From Mantamonas sphyraenae STR306 (Eukaryota; Protista; CRuMs), in contig JAPMXV010000027.1 in assembly GCA_026936335.1 (NCBI GenBank), positions 124,001-188,000 on the forward strand: DNA of 64,000 nucleotides. The letters run 5' to 3'. The notes beneath the pieces are model-generated. The model saw only the letters and a list, made by a program, of their open reading frames with translations, searched no databases and was not told the origin of the DNA. Below, in pieces: positions 30,242 to 45,200 of this stretch (the first letter of the stretch is position 1; each line of letters opens with the position of its first letter). Made by a program: the position numbers and the translations under genes.

Positions 30242-33200
30242 ATGTCCGCAACGATACGACAACAACGTACGAATGTTGCTTTTGCACTGGTGATTCTCAC
30301 CCTTTGTTTGGGCGTCACACACGCAGCCATCGCTGATTGCTTGGGTACGTGTTCTACTGCTTGCCTCCTCATCACATCCGCTCAGCACACTCACACCCAC
30401 GCCCACCTTACCTTGTTCCTGGCTCCCCTCTTATCCCTCAGCTGGCAACACATACTCTCCACCCTCGTCTTTGAGGGCGTGGATGTGTGGAGCACAAGTC
30501 AAAACAAGTAGCTCAAGCGTGAACGAATTCACTGACCAATCTGGTTATGGCAACCACGCTTCGTCGATTGCCAACAACAGGCGTCCTACGCTCGTTTCCA
30601 ACGTCATCAATGGCCACCCTGCCATCCAGTTTGACGGGGACAAGGACTGTTTGCAGGTTGCAAACACACAAGCCTTCAACACAGACTTCAACCCGTACAC
30701 CGCAAAGACTTGGTTCATGGTCTTCAAGACCGGTTCAGACGTCACCAGCAAGCAGACCCTCTTCAAGCAGGGTGGTGATGTTCGCGGGTTCACCTTTTAC
30801 CTCCAGAGCAGCCGTTTGTACGCCACAGGTTACAACCGCGACAATGGCCAGATCTATTGGTACGTCCCTCTGTCCTTTGGTGCCTGTTCCTCTCAATCTT
30901 TTATCCCCCTTCGTTTGTTCACCTTCCCACTCGCTGTGCTCAACTGCCGCTCACACACAAATTTTCGGATGCCATGCGTCCGGACTACTTTTGCGCGTGT
31001 CCTCAGGGATGTGGCCGTGGCTCTGGATGACCCCAACGCCAACAAAACCAAGTACTTTGGTCTCTACCCCGACTCGTACCACATTTTCGCCTTTCGGTAC
31101 AAGGGAGAAAGTGGGTTTTGTGCCTGTGGAGCCTTCGGCACCCAAAGTAGTTCCGCTCACTCATCACCCACTGCTCCACGCGCTTGACTCACTCTCTCCA
31201 CTCCCCACAATGCCCGTCGCACAGCACCGGGTCAATTCATCGAGACCTGGGTCAACGGCATCAAGATGGTCACAAACACAGCTGTGGAGCGCATGTGGAC
31301 CGATTCGGGTAAGTTTTGCCTCCGGACACTCCAGAAACAAACGCAGAGGGTTCCCAAGCCTTTGTTTGCATCCCCTGCTCACACACAGGCTTCTTCATGC
31401 AGGTAACATCCGCCTTGGCTGTGACGAGACTGGCATGCGGTACCATGACGGTGAGTCTCCACCGTGTTTCCTCTCGCGGACATCCGGAGCTACAGGTTCC
31501 TGATGACCACATCCTATCCTCCTTCCGCCCTCCATGCTCTTTCATCCCACGCAGCCTTGACCGGCGCACTTCCCGCAGCCCACCCACACTGACGCAACCA
31601 ACTCTCGAATCTCCTTCCTTCTCCTCCACAGGGCAATATTCGGACGTGTTCTTTGGCGGCCACATTGCGGAGTTCCTCTACTTCAACAACGAGGCCCTCA
31701 GCGACGCAGATATGGGCGCTGCCTTCACTTTCCTCCAGGCAAAATATGGCGAGATCCTTTTTGATGCCAGTGCTGGTATGTTCCCTTGTCACACCTCCCT
31801 TGACTCCTTTCCCTCCCGTGACTCACACCGGCCCACTCACCCACCCCTTTCCCATTTCTCGCGCAGTCTGCCCCGGATTTTTCACGAACCCTTGCTCCGG
31901 GCCAACTCATGGCGTTTGCAAGACCAACCCGGACAACAGCAAATACTGCGACTGTTTCTCCCCATGGACCGGGGCCGACTGCTCAACCTGTGCGTGATGC
32001 GGGATGCGGGATGCGGGATGCGTGTTGCGTGTTGCCCCTGCCCTTGGCCAACCTCGATTCCCTGCCACTGCTCACACCCCACCGCGTATCCTTTGCCCTC
32101 CACACAGTCGATGGCCCCACCGATTATTGCTACGAGGTGCGCTGGGACCTCGCAAATCCGGCTGGCTACCGCACGCGCAACTTCTTTCCCGTAAAGTACT
32201 TCCCGCCCGGCCACCCGGCCACCAGTCGCTGTGGAGGCATTCCTCCCGACAACCAGGGACGCTACCGAATCCCCACGTACGGCAACCACCCGTCCGACTG
32301 TGCCCCGAACACCGCAGGAGCTGCCATGTTCTACTCCTACGACTACCCCGCACCCACCTCGGAAAACACCGGCCTCAGCACACACGAAGCCGCCACCCTC
32401 ATCATCACTGTCGACGAAACCTTCAACAGTTCCATCATGTGGATCCTTGACAAGAATGACAACGCCGACGGTGGCGAAGTCGACGTTATCGTGGACTCCA
32501 AACGCATCGGTGAGAACGGCGTTCAGGTCGTCCAACAGGATGACCCCACTCCCTACACGAGCAAGTCTTGCCTCAACTCCGGCAACGATTGCTACTTCTG
32601 GAATTCAGCAACTGGGTTTGGCGATTTCCACTTCCGCTGGCTCAAATGCTGTTCCGACGGTGTCGCCATCGGTCCCATGCCACGCTCAGTGGACATCAAC
32701 TTCCGCCTCAGCGTCCTACACGGTATCACCCAGTTTCGCCTCGCAGAGTACGACGGCGAAACCGGCGAAATCACCTTTTTCAACATCCCCGTCTCAGAGG
32801 CTGCCAAGGGCATTCGCATCCTCGATCGCACCTGTGAAGAGTCCACAGAAACATATTGCGGCCAGTACTCATTCTGTGGTGACTGCACTGCCGATCCCCT
32901 CTGTGGCTGGTGCAACGAAGATCTCCGTTGTCTCGGCAAAGACTTTGGCTCCCTCTGCCAAGGCGGACGCTTCCCACTTAGCTTCACAACAGACTGCTGC
33001 ACCGCATGTTCCGACCTTTGCAACTGCGGCGACTGTGTCAAGCGCGCAGGCTGCGGCTGGTGCCACGACACGGGCAAGTGCTATTCTGGTTCCGCCGGCG
33101 CCCCGTGTTCCAACTGCACCTACTTTGCAACAGACACATGCGACACGTGCGGCGGTCCTTTGGACACCCAGGACAACCCGGTCGCCTTTGTGGGCGTCAA

Positions 33201-36200
33201 CAACCTCGGACACGCCTCCTACTGCTCCAAGAACGGCACCTGCGACTTTTCAACAAAGCAGTGCACCTGCCTCGACACAAAGTGGGGAGACGGCTGCCAG
33301 TACGACTGCCCCGCCATCGTCGACGTCGGAGGCGGCGTACTCAAGCCTTGCAACAACGCAGGCAAGTGCAACCAGACAAGCGGTAGCTGCCAGTGCGACT
33401 GTGGCTGGACCGGCCTCTACTGCAACGAGACCGTCCCTGCGGGCTGCGGTATCCAAGGCAGCACCACAAAGGTATGCGTCGTCGGTGACTCCTGCGCACA
33501 AACCTGCGGCAAATGTCTGAACGGTGACGGCCAGTGCAAGAACCCCACAGGCTTCATCCTGCCCAACTCCACTACCTGTGCATGCATCGATGGATGGTAC
33601 GGCGCAGACTGTACATCCCCCTGCCCAGGCATCAGCACAAGCGACGGCTCTGGTTCCATTTGCGGTGGGAACGGAAAGTGTCAGAGCGACGGCTCCTGCG
33701 TTTGCGACTCCTGCTACCAGAACCAGGGCGGAGCAGCAACCATCTGCGAGGCCAAACCCTGCCCCGCATCTTGCACAGCCGCTGTTGGCACCTGCAACTG
33801 CGGCACGTGCTCGTGCGCAGGCAACTGGTACGGCGACGATTGCACACAGTGTGCCTGCCAGAACGGCGCCATTTGCCATAGCATCCACGGCTTCTGCGAG
33901 GATCCGGCAAACGGAAACCCGTGCCCGCCAGGCTATGCAGGCAATCTGTGTCAGTACAACTGTACACGAGACGGCATTTGCAACGGGCACGGCGAGTGCA
34001 ATCCAAGCACCCTCGAGTGCACTTGCGACAAAGGATGGGTCGGCCCCACCTCTGCCCAGTGCTCCAAGCAGTGCAACGAGACTCTCAATTGCTCCTCCCA
34101 TGGACAGTGCCTCGAGGACGCAACCTGCTTCTGCGACTTTGGCTACGTCGGCTCCACCTGCGACACTTCTTGTGTCAAGGACATCAATGACTGCAACTGC
34201 TACCCGCAGATCACCTCCTCGACCATCACTCTCAACGAGGATCCTGTCGCTGACGTCCTCATCGACATGAGCAAGTATGCCTACGACGCCGACTCCGCCA
34301 TCTACTACCAATCCTTGCAGATCTCTTTGCCACCTGTCAACGGTACCATAGTCAGCATCAACCGCATCACCGGTGCCATTTACTACCGCCCAGACGCAAA
34401 CTACTTTGGCAACGACACCATCGCCGTCAAGGTCTGCGATGTCGAGGGTCTCTGTGCAATCGGCGCCATCACCATGAACGTCCTTCCGGTCAACGACCCA
34501 CCCGTTGCTCTCGACGGTAGCATGTTTGCAGAGGCCGACGTCTGGTCCTACGCATCTCTCAACGCCACCGATGTCGAAAACGACGCCCTCACCTTTCGCA
34601 TTGTCACCCAGCCCGCCAAGGGCTCGTTGGAGCTGCTCAGCTCGTCCAATGGCAGCTTTCGCTTCTTTCCCACTCCAGGAGAGAACGGCACCGACTCTTT
34701 TCAGTTCCAGGTGCGTGACAACGGCGATCCCAATCTGGACTCCGTCCTCAACGGAACCGTATTCCTCCTCGTTGCCACACCAAACACTGCGCCGGTTGTC
34801 TACAACGGCACCCTGGACACTGCTGAGGACGTCCCCGGCTTTGGTACACTGACCTTCTCCGACGCAGAGGGTCACCCGGTCACCTTTGAGATCGAGTCTC
34901 AGCCGCATGTCGGCTCCATCACTTTGCTCAACCCCCTCACCGGTGCGTACCGCTACATGCCGCCCATCAACTGGTACGGCACGACCATGTTCTCTTTTTC
35001 TGCGTTTGACATTTTCGGCGACCGCAGCAACGTCTCTTGGATCTCCATCAATGTCACCAGCGTCAACGACCTGCCTCTCTCTTTCAACGAGACCTGGGCC
35101 ACCATGGAAGACGTCGCCTTCTTTGGTCAGCTCAACGCTTCCGACGTGGAGACCTTGCAGGCGAACAGCGCGTTCACCATCACTGTACCCCCGCATTTGG
35201 GCACCATTGCCCTTCAGGCGGCCACGGGCGGGGTGTTTCAGTACACGCCCAACGCAAACGTCTACGGCACCGACTACTTTGCGTACACGGTCACGGACGA
35301 GGCTGGTGGCGTCTCCAACGCCTCCTGGGTCAACGTAACCATCTACGCTGTCAACGACGCGCCCGACTTTGTCGGCCTTCCGTCGCCTGCCACCACCCAG
35401 GAGGACACAGACCTCACGTTTTCAGGCCTGGCTGTCACCGATGTCGATGTAGGAGCCAATGACCAGCTCGTCGTGAACATCTCCATCTCTGAGGGCACCC
35501 TCTCCCTGCAGCGAACGGACAACCTTGTGCTTCTCAGCGGATCCACCGCTGCTTCCAAACAGTTCATTGTGCAGGGCAATCTCACCGTCCTCAATGCAGC
35601 CATCACAGACATGGTGTTTTCACCCACCCCATCTTGGGGTGGCACAACGTACGTCATCCTGTGGGCAAGCGACAACGGCGCCACAGGCAGTGGCGGGGTC
35701 CAGTTTGGCATGCGAAATGTCAGCTTGTCCACACTCACGGTCAACAATGGACCAACCCTCGTCGTTCCATCCGCACAGTCTCAACTCGAGGACACCGACC
35801 TCACCATCGTGGGCATCAGCATGAATGACATCGACGTGGGCGCAGGCAACATGCAGGTCAACATGAGCGTCACCGCAGGTGTGCTCACCCTCGCCCAGAC
35901 CACAGGACTCACGTTCCTCACGGGCGACGGGTCCGCAGACACCCTGCTGCGCTTCCAGGGCACCCTCACGGATTGCAACGCAGCCGTGGCCTCCGTTGTC
36001 TACCGTGCCAACCTGCACTACAACGGCGCAGACTCGCTGCAAATCGACATTGACGATCGTGGGAACACGGGTACAGGTGGTGTCCTCTCTGCATCCAACG
36101 CCGTGGCACTCACCATCACACCCGTCAACGACGCACCCGTGCTCACGCTTGCCTCGCCGCAGGTCACCAACGAAGACACCTCGGTGGCCATTGGAGGCAT

Positions 36201-39200
36201 CAGTGTGAGCGACGTCGACGTCGCCGCAGGAACACTGGCCGCCAACGTCAGCGTGACCAACGGCCTGCTGACCATGAGCAGCCTCGGCGGCTCCATTGTG
36301 CAAGTCCAGGGCAACGCAACCCAGGGCGCAACCGACCTTCGCATCCGTGGCTCGCTCACAGACATCAACGCAGCGCTCGCTTCGCTTGTCTACGCTCCCA
36401 ACGCAGACTACAACGGCGCCGATACCCTCCAGGTGTGGGTCAGCGACCTTGAACTCAGCGACACGGGCTCCGTGGCCATTTCGGTTGTGGCTCTCAACGA
36501 CGGGCCCGTCATCACTTTGCCCGGCACGCCCTCGACCCTCGAGGACACCGCCCTCACCATCACTGGCATCAGCGTCAGCGATGCCGATGTGGCTGCCGGT
36601 CTCATGTGGCTCAACATGACCATGAGCGAGGGCGAAATGGTACTCGGTACCACCCTCGGTCTCACCATGTACGTGGGCACAGGCTTGGGCGGCAACGCTT
36701 TCAACGCCCAGGGCACGCTGACCACTCTCAACTCGGCTCTTGCCCAGGTCATCTACCGTCCCAGCACAAACTTCAACGGTGCCCCGTCGCTGGAGGTGCG
36801 TGTTTCGGATCGCGGCGCCACAGGTGTTGATGGGGAAAAGACGGATGTCAAGACGCTGCCCATCACCGTGCAGGCTGTCAACGACGCCCCCATCCTCTCG
36901 GTGCCTCCTGCACAGACTGTGGACGAGGACGTGGATCTCACGCTGCCTTCGCTCAGTATCGCCGACGTCGACATCGCCGCTGGGCTCGTCAACGTCAACC
37001 TCAGCGTGGCCACGGGTGTACTCAGCCTCGCCAGCACCACGGGCATCTCTGTCCAGGCTGGCAGTGCCACCAGCAGTGCCTTTATCCAGTTTGTCGGCAC
37101 CCTGACCAACGTCAACACTGCCCTCGCGGGTGTGGTGTACCGCGCTGCACAGGACTACGCTGGCTCGGACCAGCTCGACGTGTTCATCAGTGACCTCGGC
37201 AACACCGGGCTTGGAGGCGCACTCAACGACACGGGTTCGGTCGCCATTACGGTGCAGCCCGTCAACGACGCACCAGTCATCACCACCATCACGGACCAGA
37301 CCGTCTCTGAAGACACCGACCTCACCATCTTGGGCATTGGAGTGACCGACATCGACAGCGGCGACGGCACGTTGCGTTTCAACCTCACCGTCCAGTCGGG
37401 AACCATCACCATGCCCAACCCTGCTGGCATCGAGTTTCAGCTCGGGGGACCCTCGGGCTACTCTGCGCTCTCGTTCACAGGCAACGTCACGTCCATCAAC
37501 GCGGCTGTGGGTACTCTGGTCTACCGTTCCTTTGTCAACTTTGACGGCAGCGACACGCTGTCGGTTGCCACTCGAGACTATGGAAACACGGGCTCCGGTC
37601 CTGAGGGCACCCACAGCGTCACCATCGGCATTACCGTCATCGGCGTCAACGATCTCATCGAGTTTTCCAACCCGGCAACAGCCTCTGTTGACGAAGACAC
37701 GGATCTCACTCTTGCTGGCATCAGCGTCAGCGACAGTGACGCCTATGCAAACGCCGTGCGTGTCAACGTCAGCGTGTCGTCTGGCACGGTGACCCTGGCC
37801 CAGACCACGGGCTTGACGCTGCTCAGCGGCTCAGGCTCTGCAGACGCCTTTGTCGAAGTCCTGGGCACGCTGACCAACATCAACGCCGCCCTGAACAACC
37901 TCGTGTACCGTGCAAGCACGCACTACAACGGCCCAGAAACCATCCTGCTGGGTGCAGCCGATCTCGGCGCTACCGGCACGCCTGGGCCAACGAGCTCGTT
38001 CAGCAATGTCTCGGTCACCGTCGCCGCTGTGAACGATGCACCTGTGCTGACCGTTCCCGCGGCCACTCAAACCACCCTGGAGGATGTGGCACTTACAATC
38101 ACTGGTGTCAGCGTAAGCGACGTCGATGTGGCTGCCGCAAATGTCAATGTGACTCTCTCCGTCTCTTCGGGTGTCCTCTCCCTCGGCTCCACAACAGGCC
38201 TGACTTTCGGCTCGGGCGACGGCACCGCAGATCGCTCCATGTCCTTTGAGGGCACGCTCACAAGTGTCAACGCAGCCCTCGCGGCATCGGGCGTCGTGTA
38301 CCTCGGCGATGCAAACTACAACGGGCCCGACGGCCTCTATGTTGAAGTGGACGATGGAGGAGCCACGGGACAGGGTGGCGTGCAACGGAACAGCACCACG
38401 GTGGCCCTGTATGTCGAGGGAGTCAACGACCCGCCTGTGCTCACAAGTATCAGCGCACAAACCGTCGACGAAGACACGGATCTGACCATGTCCGGCTTTG
38501 CCATCACGGATTTGGACGTCGGTTCCCTCCCGCTGCAGGTCAACATCAGCGTAAGCCAGGGTGTGCTCACCGTCGGCTCTCTTGCAGGCCTCACGTTTGT
38601 GCAAGGGGACGGCTCCGCAGACGCACAGATGCGCTTCCAGGGTTCGCTTACCGCCGTCACGGCCGCTCTCAACGGCCTCGTGTACCGCGGCAACCTGCAC
38701 TTCAACGGCGCAGACACCCTCAGCGTGGGTGTGGATGACCGTGGCAACGTGGGTCTTGGTGGCTTCCTCACAGATGCTGCCACGGTGGCCATCACCGTGG
38801 AGGCCGTCAACGACGCGCCTGTGCTCACCGTGCCTGGTTTGCAGGCAGCCACTGAGGATGTGCAGCACACCATCAGTGGCGTGAGCGTGTCCGATGTCGA
38901 CGTCGCTGCAGGCCTGATGAGTGTCAACCTCACAGTCACGGCAGGCACCCTGTGGCTTCCCACAACCACCTCGCTCACCTTTGCTCTTGGCGACGGCACC
39001 AACGACCGCCGCATGGAGATGACGGGCACGCGCACCGCACTGAACACAGCCCTGGCCGCCATTGTGTACCAAGGCGACCTTCACTGGAACCAGGGTGACA
39101 CGGTCACCGTGGACGTGCACGACTACGCGCAGACAGGCAAGGGAGGCCAGCTTGCCGACACAGCAACCATTCCCATCAACTTTGTGGCTGTCAACGATGC

Positions 39201-42200
39201 GCCTGTACTCACGGTGCCACCTGCTCAAGCGGGTTCGGAAGATGTCGACCTCCCCATCACGGGCATCAACATCACCGATGTCGACGTGGCAGGAGGCCAG
39301 CTGCGTGTCCAGATCGGCGTCACATCCGGTGTGTTGACCCTGGCCACCACGGTCGGGCTCAACTTTGCCTCCGGAGGTGGCTTTGCGGACGCAAGCATGG
39401 ACTTCCAAGGCACGCTGACCCAGGTCAACAACGCTTTGGCCACAGTCACCTATCTCACCGACCTGCACTACAACGGCAACGATGCCGTTTCCATTGCCGT
39501 GTACGATCAGGGCAACACAGGTGTGGGTGGCGTCCTGCAGGACTCGGGCAACATCCCGCTCACGCTTCAGGCCGTCAACGACGCACCTACCTTTGGTGTG
39601 CCTGGTACGCAGAATGTGGACGAGGACACAGATCTCACCATTTACTTGGTGGGATTCATCGTTTCCGACGTGGATCTGTTCGGCGCAGATGTGCAGGTCA
39701 ACCTTTCGTGTGCCTCGTGTCTGATGAACCTGACCACCACCACGGGCCTGGAATTCGTGGTCGGCGATGGCTTCCTCGACCCGTTCATGTCCTTTACCGG
39801 CACTCGCACAGAGGTGAACAACGCCATCACAACCGTCGTTTACCGTGGCGAACCCAACTTCAACGGTTTCGACGCCGTGACGGCGGTCGTATCCGATCGT
39901 GGCTTCACCGGTTTTGGCGGTGAACAGTTTTCCACCGACCAAACTGCAATCGTTGTGAACCCGGTGAACGACGAGGTCATCATCACCATTCCGTCGGCCC
40001 TGTTTGTGTCCGAGGACATTGCGTACAGCATCGACAGCGTCAGCATCACCGACGTGGACATCGGGTCCGGCATCATGTCGGCCAACTTGTCTGTGAGCCA
40101 CGGTTTGTTGCAGCTCGCATCCACCGAAGGCCTGACCTTTGCAGAGGGCAGTGCCGCACCCGGGCGTGTTTTCCGCTTGGATGGCAACGTGACCAACATT
40201 GCCAAGGCGCTTCTGAACATGACCTACACGAGCGACCTGCACTACCACGGCACAGACTACCTCTACATCGAGGCGACGGACAACGAGATTGGCAACGCCA
40301 CGTTTACATGGAAGTACCTGGCCATCAACGTGGAGTCAGTCAACGATGCGCCTGTGCTCAGCGTGCCTGGCGCACAGGCGGTGAGCGAAGACGTGGCCAT
40401 CACCCTCAATGGGATCAACGTCACCGATGTGGACGTGGATGCAGCCACCATGTTCTTCAACATCACGGCTGACCATGGTGTCATGTCCCTGGCCACCACC
40501 ACGGGCTTTGCCATGACGTTTGGAGACGGAACAGCCGACACGGCCATGCGCTTCACAAGCACTTTGACCAGTTTCAACACGGCTATGGCCGGTGGGCTCG
40601 TGTACCAGGGCAACCTGCACTTCAACGGCATCGAGACAATCCACATCACAGCCAGCGACCAGGGCAACACAGGCGTCACCGGAGGTGTGCAGCAGGATCT
40701 GCGCACCATTGTCATCAACGTGACTGCCGTCAATGACGCTCCCGTGTGGACGGTGCCTTCTGCACAGACTGTGGACGAGGATGTCACCTTGAACATCACA
40801 GGCATCTCGTTGAGTGATGTCGATGTCGAGGCTCTCCCCATGGAGGTTAGCCTGCGCGTGTCCAACGGCACCTACAACCTTGCCTCCACAGCAGGCCTGA
40901 CCTTTACGACGGGCACAGGCGCAAACGACCGGGAAACCGTGCTGCGTGGCTCTCTGACCGACATCAACGCCGCCCTGGTGTGGTTGACCTACACCGGCGA
41001 CTTTGAGTTCTCCGGTTTGGACACTCTCCAGCTCAGTGTCAACGATCTTGGCCACGTCGGCGACGTCGGGCCGCTCTCCGACGCTGCCTCGGTGCCCATC
41101 AATGTCGTGATCATCAACGACGCCCCACAGCTCTCCGTGAGCAGCTCCCAATCCGTTAGTGAAGACACAGACGTCACGATTGCAGGCATGAGCGTGACCG
41201 ATGTGGATGTGTTTGACCAGTCCATGCGTCTCAACGTGTCGGCTTCCAACGGTGTCGTCACTTTTGTCACCACCACAGGACTGTCGTTCCTGTCCGGCAC
41301 CAGCAACGGCGCATCGCTGCTCAACGTGCGCGGCACAGTGACTCAGATCAACGCAGCCCTGGGCACGGTCGTCTACCGTGGCAACCTGCATTGGTACGGC
41401 CAAGACCAGCTGCAGATTGCCGTCGACGATGAGGGCAACACAGGAAACGGGGGCGTCCAGAGCGCCTCTGGCGTCGTCAACGTCACTGTTACGGCTGTCA
41501 ACGACGCGCCTGTGCTCCAGGCAGTCAGCGATCAGACGGTGAACGAAGACACAGATCTGACCATTGCTGGTATTGGTGTGAGCGACGTGGATGTGTACGC
41601 CGTGCCACTTGAGGTCAACGTCAGCGTGTCGCAGGGAGTGCTCTCGCTGCCCAACACGGCCGGTTTGACATTCTTGGTTGGCGACGGCCAAGACGATGCC
41701 TTTATGCGCATTCGCGCCACCGTGACCAACATGCACGCTGCCCTGTCACCTATTGTGTACCGTGCGGCCCAGGATTACAACGGAGCAGACACGCTGCAGG
41801 TCAGCGCCAGCGATTTGGGCGAGTCTGGCTTTGGTGGCGAGCTGCGTGATGCCTTTACAGTGGGCATCACCGTGCAGGCCGTCAACGATGTGCCCATCTT
41901 TGGCATCATCACTGACCAGGCCGTCAACGAGGACACAGACTTGACCATGCTGGGCATCACCGTCACCGACGTCGATGTCTTTGCTGGTGCTCTTACCGTC
42001 AACGTGAGCGTCGGCCACGGAGTGCTCACCCTCCCCAACACGGCTGGTCTCACGTTTAGCCGCGGCGACGGTACGCAGGACCCTGTGCTCACTTTCACGG
42101 CGGACGTGACCACGGCCACCGCGCGTCTGGGCACCATTGTGTACCGCGGTGATGTCAACTACAACGGCGCCGACGCGCTGGTGCTGTATGTCAACGACAA

Positions 42201-45200
42201 CGGTGCCACTGGTCTGGGCGGACCTCTGTCGTCCACGCAGACCATCAACCTGAACGTCGTCCCGGTCAACGACGCGCCCGTACTGACTGTGCCCGTGGGC
42301 TCGATCACCTCTGAGGATGTGATCGGTTTCTTCAACGGCATGAGCGTCAGCGACGTGGACGTTGCGAATGCGATTGTCAGCGTCAACATCACTGCAACGC
42401 TGGGCCTGGTGATGACCGGTGGCACGACCACGGGACTCACGTACACCGTAGGCAACGGCGCCTCATTCTTCCCCGAGCTGCGCTTCTACGGCACCCTGAC
42501 CCAAATCAACGCTGGCATCTCCACCATGCGCTACCTGCCGCTGGCCGACCGCAACGGCGACGACTTTGTGCAGGTGAGCGTGTCTGATGGCGGTGCCACG
42601 GGTCTGGGAGGCGCACTGTTCGACCAGGCCGTGTGGGTGGTCAACGTCACTGCCGTGAACGACGCACCCGTGTGGTCTCTGCCTACAGGTGGCACACCCG
42701 TTGTCCTCGAGGAGAACGACTTGATCATCACGGGCGTCGACGTGAACGACGTCGATGTCAAAGACCGTGTCATGGCGTTCAACATCAGCAGCGGCATTGG
42801 TCTCATTACGCTGAATAGCACTGCAGGGTTGACGTTTGAGAGCGGAGACGGCGTGGCAGACGCGTACATGCGCTTCTACAGCACCCTGACGGCTGCTCGC
42901 AACGCAGTGCAGCAGCTTGTGTACCGCTCGCAACCGAACCTGCACGGAAACGACGTGCTTGTGTTCACTGCCGACGACCAGGGAGCACTGGGCGCAGGCG
43001 GTGCGCTGATCCACAATGTCACGTACAATGTGTTTGTGACATCCGTGAATGACGCCCCGGAGGTGATCCTGCCCAGCCAGGGTACGGTGGCCGAAGAAGC
43101 GGATCTCAGCATTGCCGGTGTCAGCCTGACTGATGTCGACGTGGGTGCCTCTACGTTGTATGTCAACATGAGTGTGGGAAGCGGTGTGTTGTCGCTGGCG
43201 ACCACCACAGGTCTCACCTTTACGCTGAACTTGGGTGTGCCCATCGGCGACGGCGTCCAGGACCGAGTGATGGACTTTTCGGGCACCCTGACTGCCATCA
43301 ACGCAGCCCTGGCCACAGTTGTGTACACGGGAAACCAGCACTACTTTGGCACCGACTTTTTGTACATCGGTGTGCGTGACGGCGGAGCCAGCGGCGCAGG
43401 AGGCGAATTGAGCGGGAGCAACACCATGACCATTACCGTCGTGGGTGTCAACGATGCTCCTGTGGTCATTGCCCCAAGTACGGCCACGGCAACCGAGGAT
43501 GTCGACCTGGTCGTTGCAGGTGTGGCCGTGAGCGATGTCGATGTGGCCAACAACCTGCTTGGCGTCAATTTGACAGTGACTGCAGGCACGTTGACCCTGA
43601 GTGGCACCTCGGGCCTCACCTTTGTGCAAGGCGACGGCACGGCCGACGCAGACATGATCCTGCGCGGCACAATCACCGACGTCAATGCTGCACTGAACAA
43701 TTTGGTGTACCGCACAAACCTGCACAGCGTGGCTGCCGACACCCTGTCCATCGGCGTCGAAGACTTTGGCTCGTTTGGCACGGGTGGCCCGCTGAGCGGA
43801 AGCGGAAGTGTTGCGATCGCCGTGACGGCGGTCAACGACGCACCGTACTTCACTGTGCCCAGCGCACAGTCTGTCAACGAAGACACCGACTTGACCCTCG
43901 TGGGAGTCAGCGTGTCTGATGTCGATGTGAACGCAGCCACACTGAACGTCAACATGAGCGTGAGTCTTGGTCAGCTGTGGCTGAGCACAACCGCAGGTCT
44001 GACCTTTTCCACGGGCTCCGGCTCTGCAGACGCCAGCATACATGGCACTGGCAGCGTTACATCGTGGCAGAATGCACTGACCAACATGGTGTACCGCGGC
44101 AACGCGCATGTGTATGGCACCGACACGCTGCATCTCGGAGTGCGCGACAATGCAGCCAGCGGCGTGGGCGGCGAACTCAGCGGCGCGTCGGCACTTACCA
44201 TCACCGTAGTGTCGATCAACGATGCGCCTGTGGTGAGCACACCAGGGACAGCCTCTGTGATGGAGGACATCCCTGCTGCCATCAGCGGTGTGTCTGTGAG
44301 CGACGTGGACGTGTACGCCGCTCCGTTGCTGGTCAACGTGAGCACCTCGCATGGATTGATCACCTTGGCGACCACCGAGGGTCTGACCATGCTGCAGGGC
44401 GACGGTACGCAGGACGCCACAGTCCGTTTCAACGCAGCCAACCTGACGCGTGTCAACAACGCTCTGGCCGGCTTGGTGTACGTGAACCAGCCTGACTACA
44501 ATGGAGGAGACATCATGACCATCACCGTGGAGGATCTGGGCCAGAGCGGAGTGGGCGGCAGCCTAGTCGGCGTGTGGCACCGTGACAATCACCGTCCAAG
44601 CGGCCAACGACGCGCCTGTTGTCAGCGGCCCCACATGGGCAGCTGTCAATGAGGACACCGACTTGACCATCTCTGGATTCAGTGTCACCGATGTGGACGC
44701 TGCAGGTGACAATCTGTGGCTGAACATCTCTGCGGGCGCCGGTGCGGTGTCCCTCCCTGTCACTGCCGGCCTGTCCTTCCGTGTGGGTGACGGTGCTGCA
44801 GACAGCTACATGGAAGCACAGGGCACGCTGACGGCCATCAACGCAGCCCTTGCGACCGTGGTGTACCGTGCAAACAGCAACTACGACGGCTCCGACAAGT
44901 TGCAGGTTCTGGTGGACGACCAAGGCCACAACGGCCTGGGCGGAGCCAAGTTTGGCAACAGAAGCACCCTTGTGCAGATGACAGCCATCAACGATGCGCC
45001 CTACCTGCCGGTCCTGGCCACAAAGGTGACCAACGAAGACACAAACCTGACCATCAGTGATCTGGCCATTTCCGACGTGGACATCCGCAGCAACGCCATC
45101 ACCGTCAACATGACCGTGATGTACGGTCGCATCAGTTTGGCCAGCACAGCGGGCATCACGTTTACGCTTGGCTCGGGCAGCGGTGACCGCTTGGTTCAGT

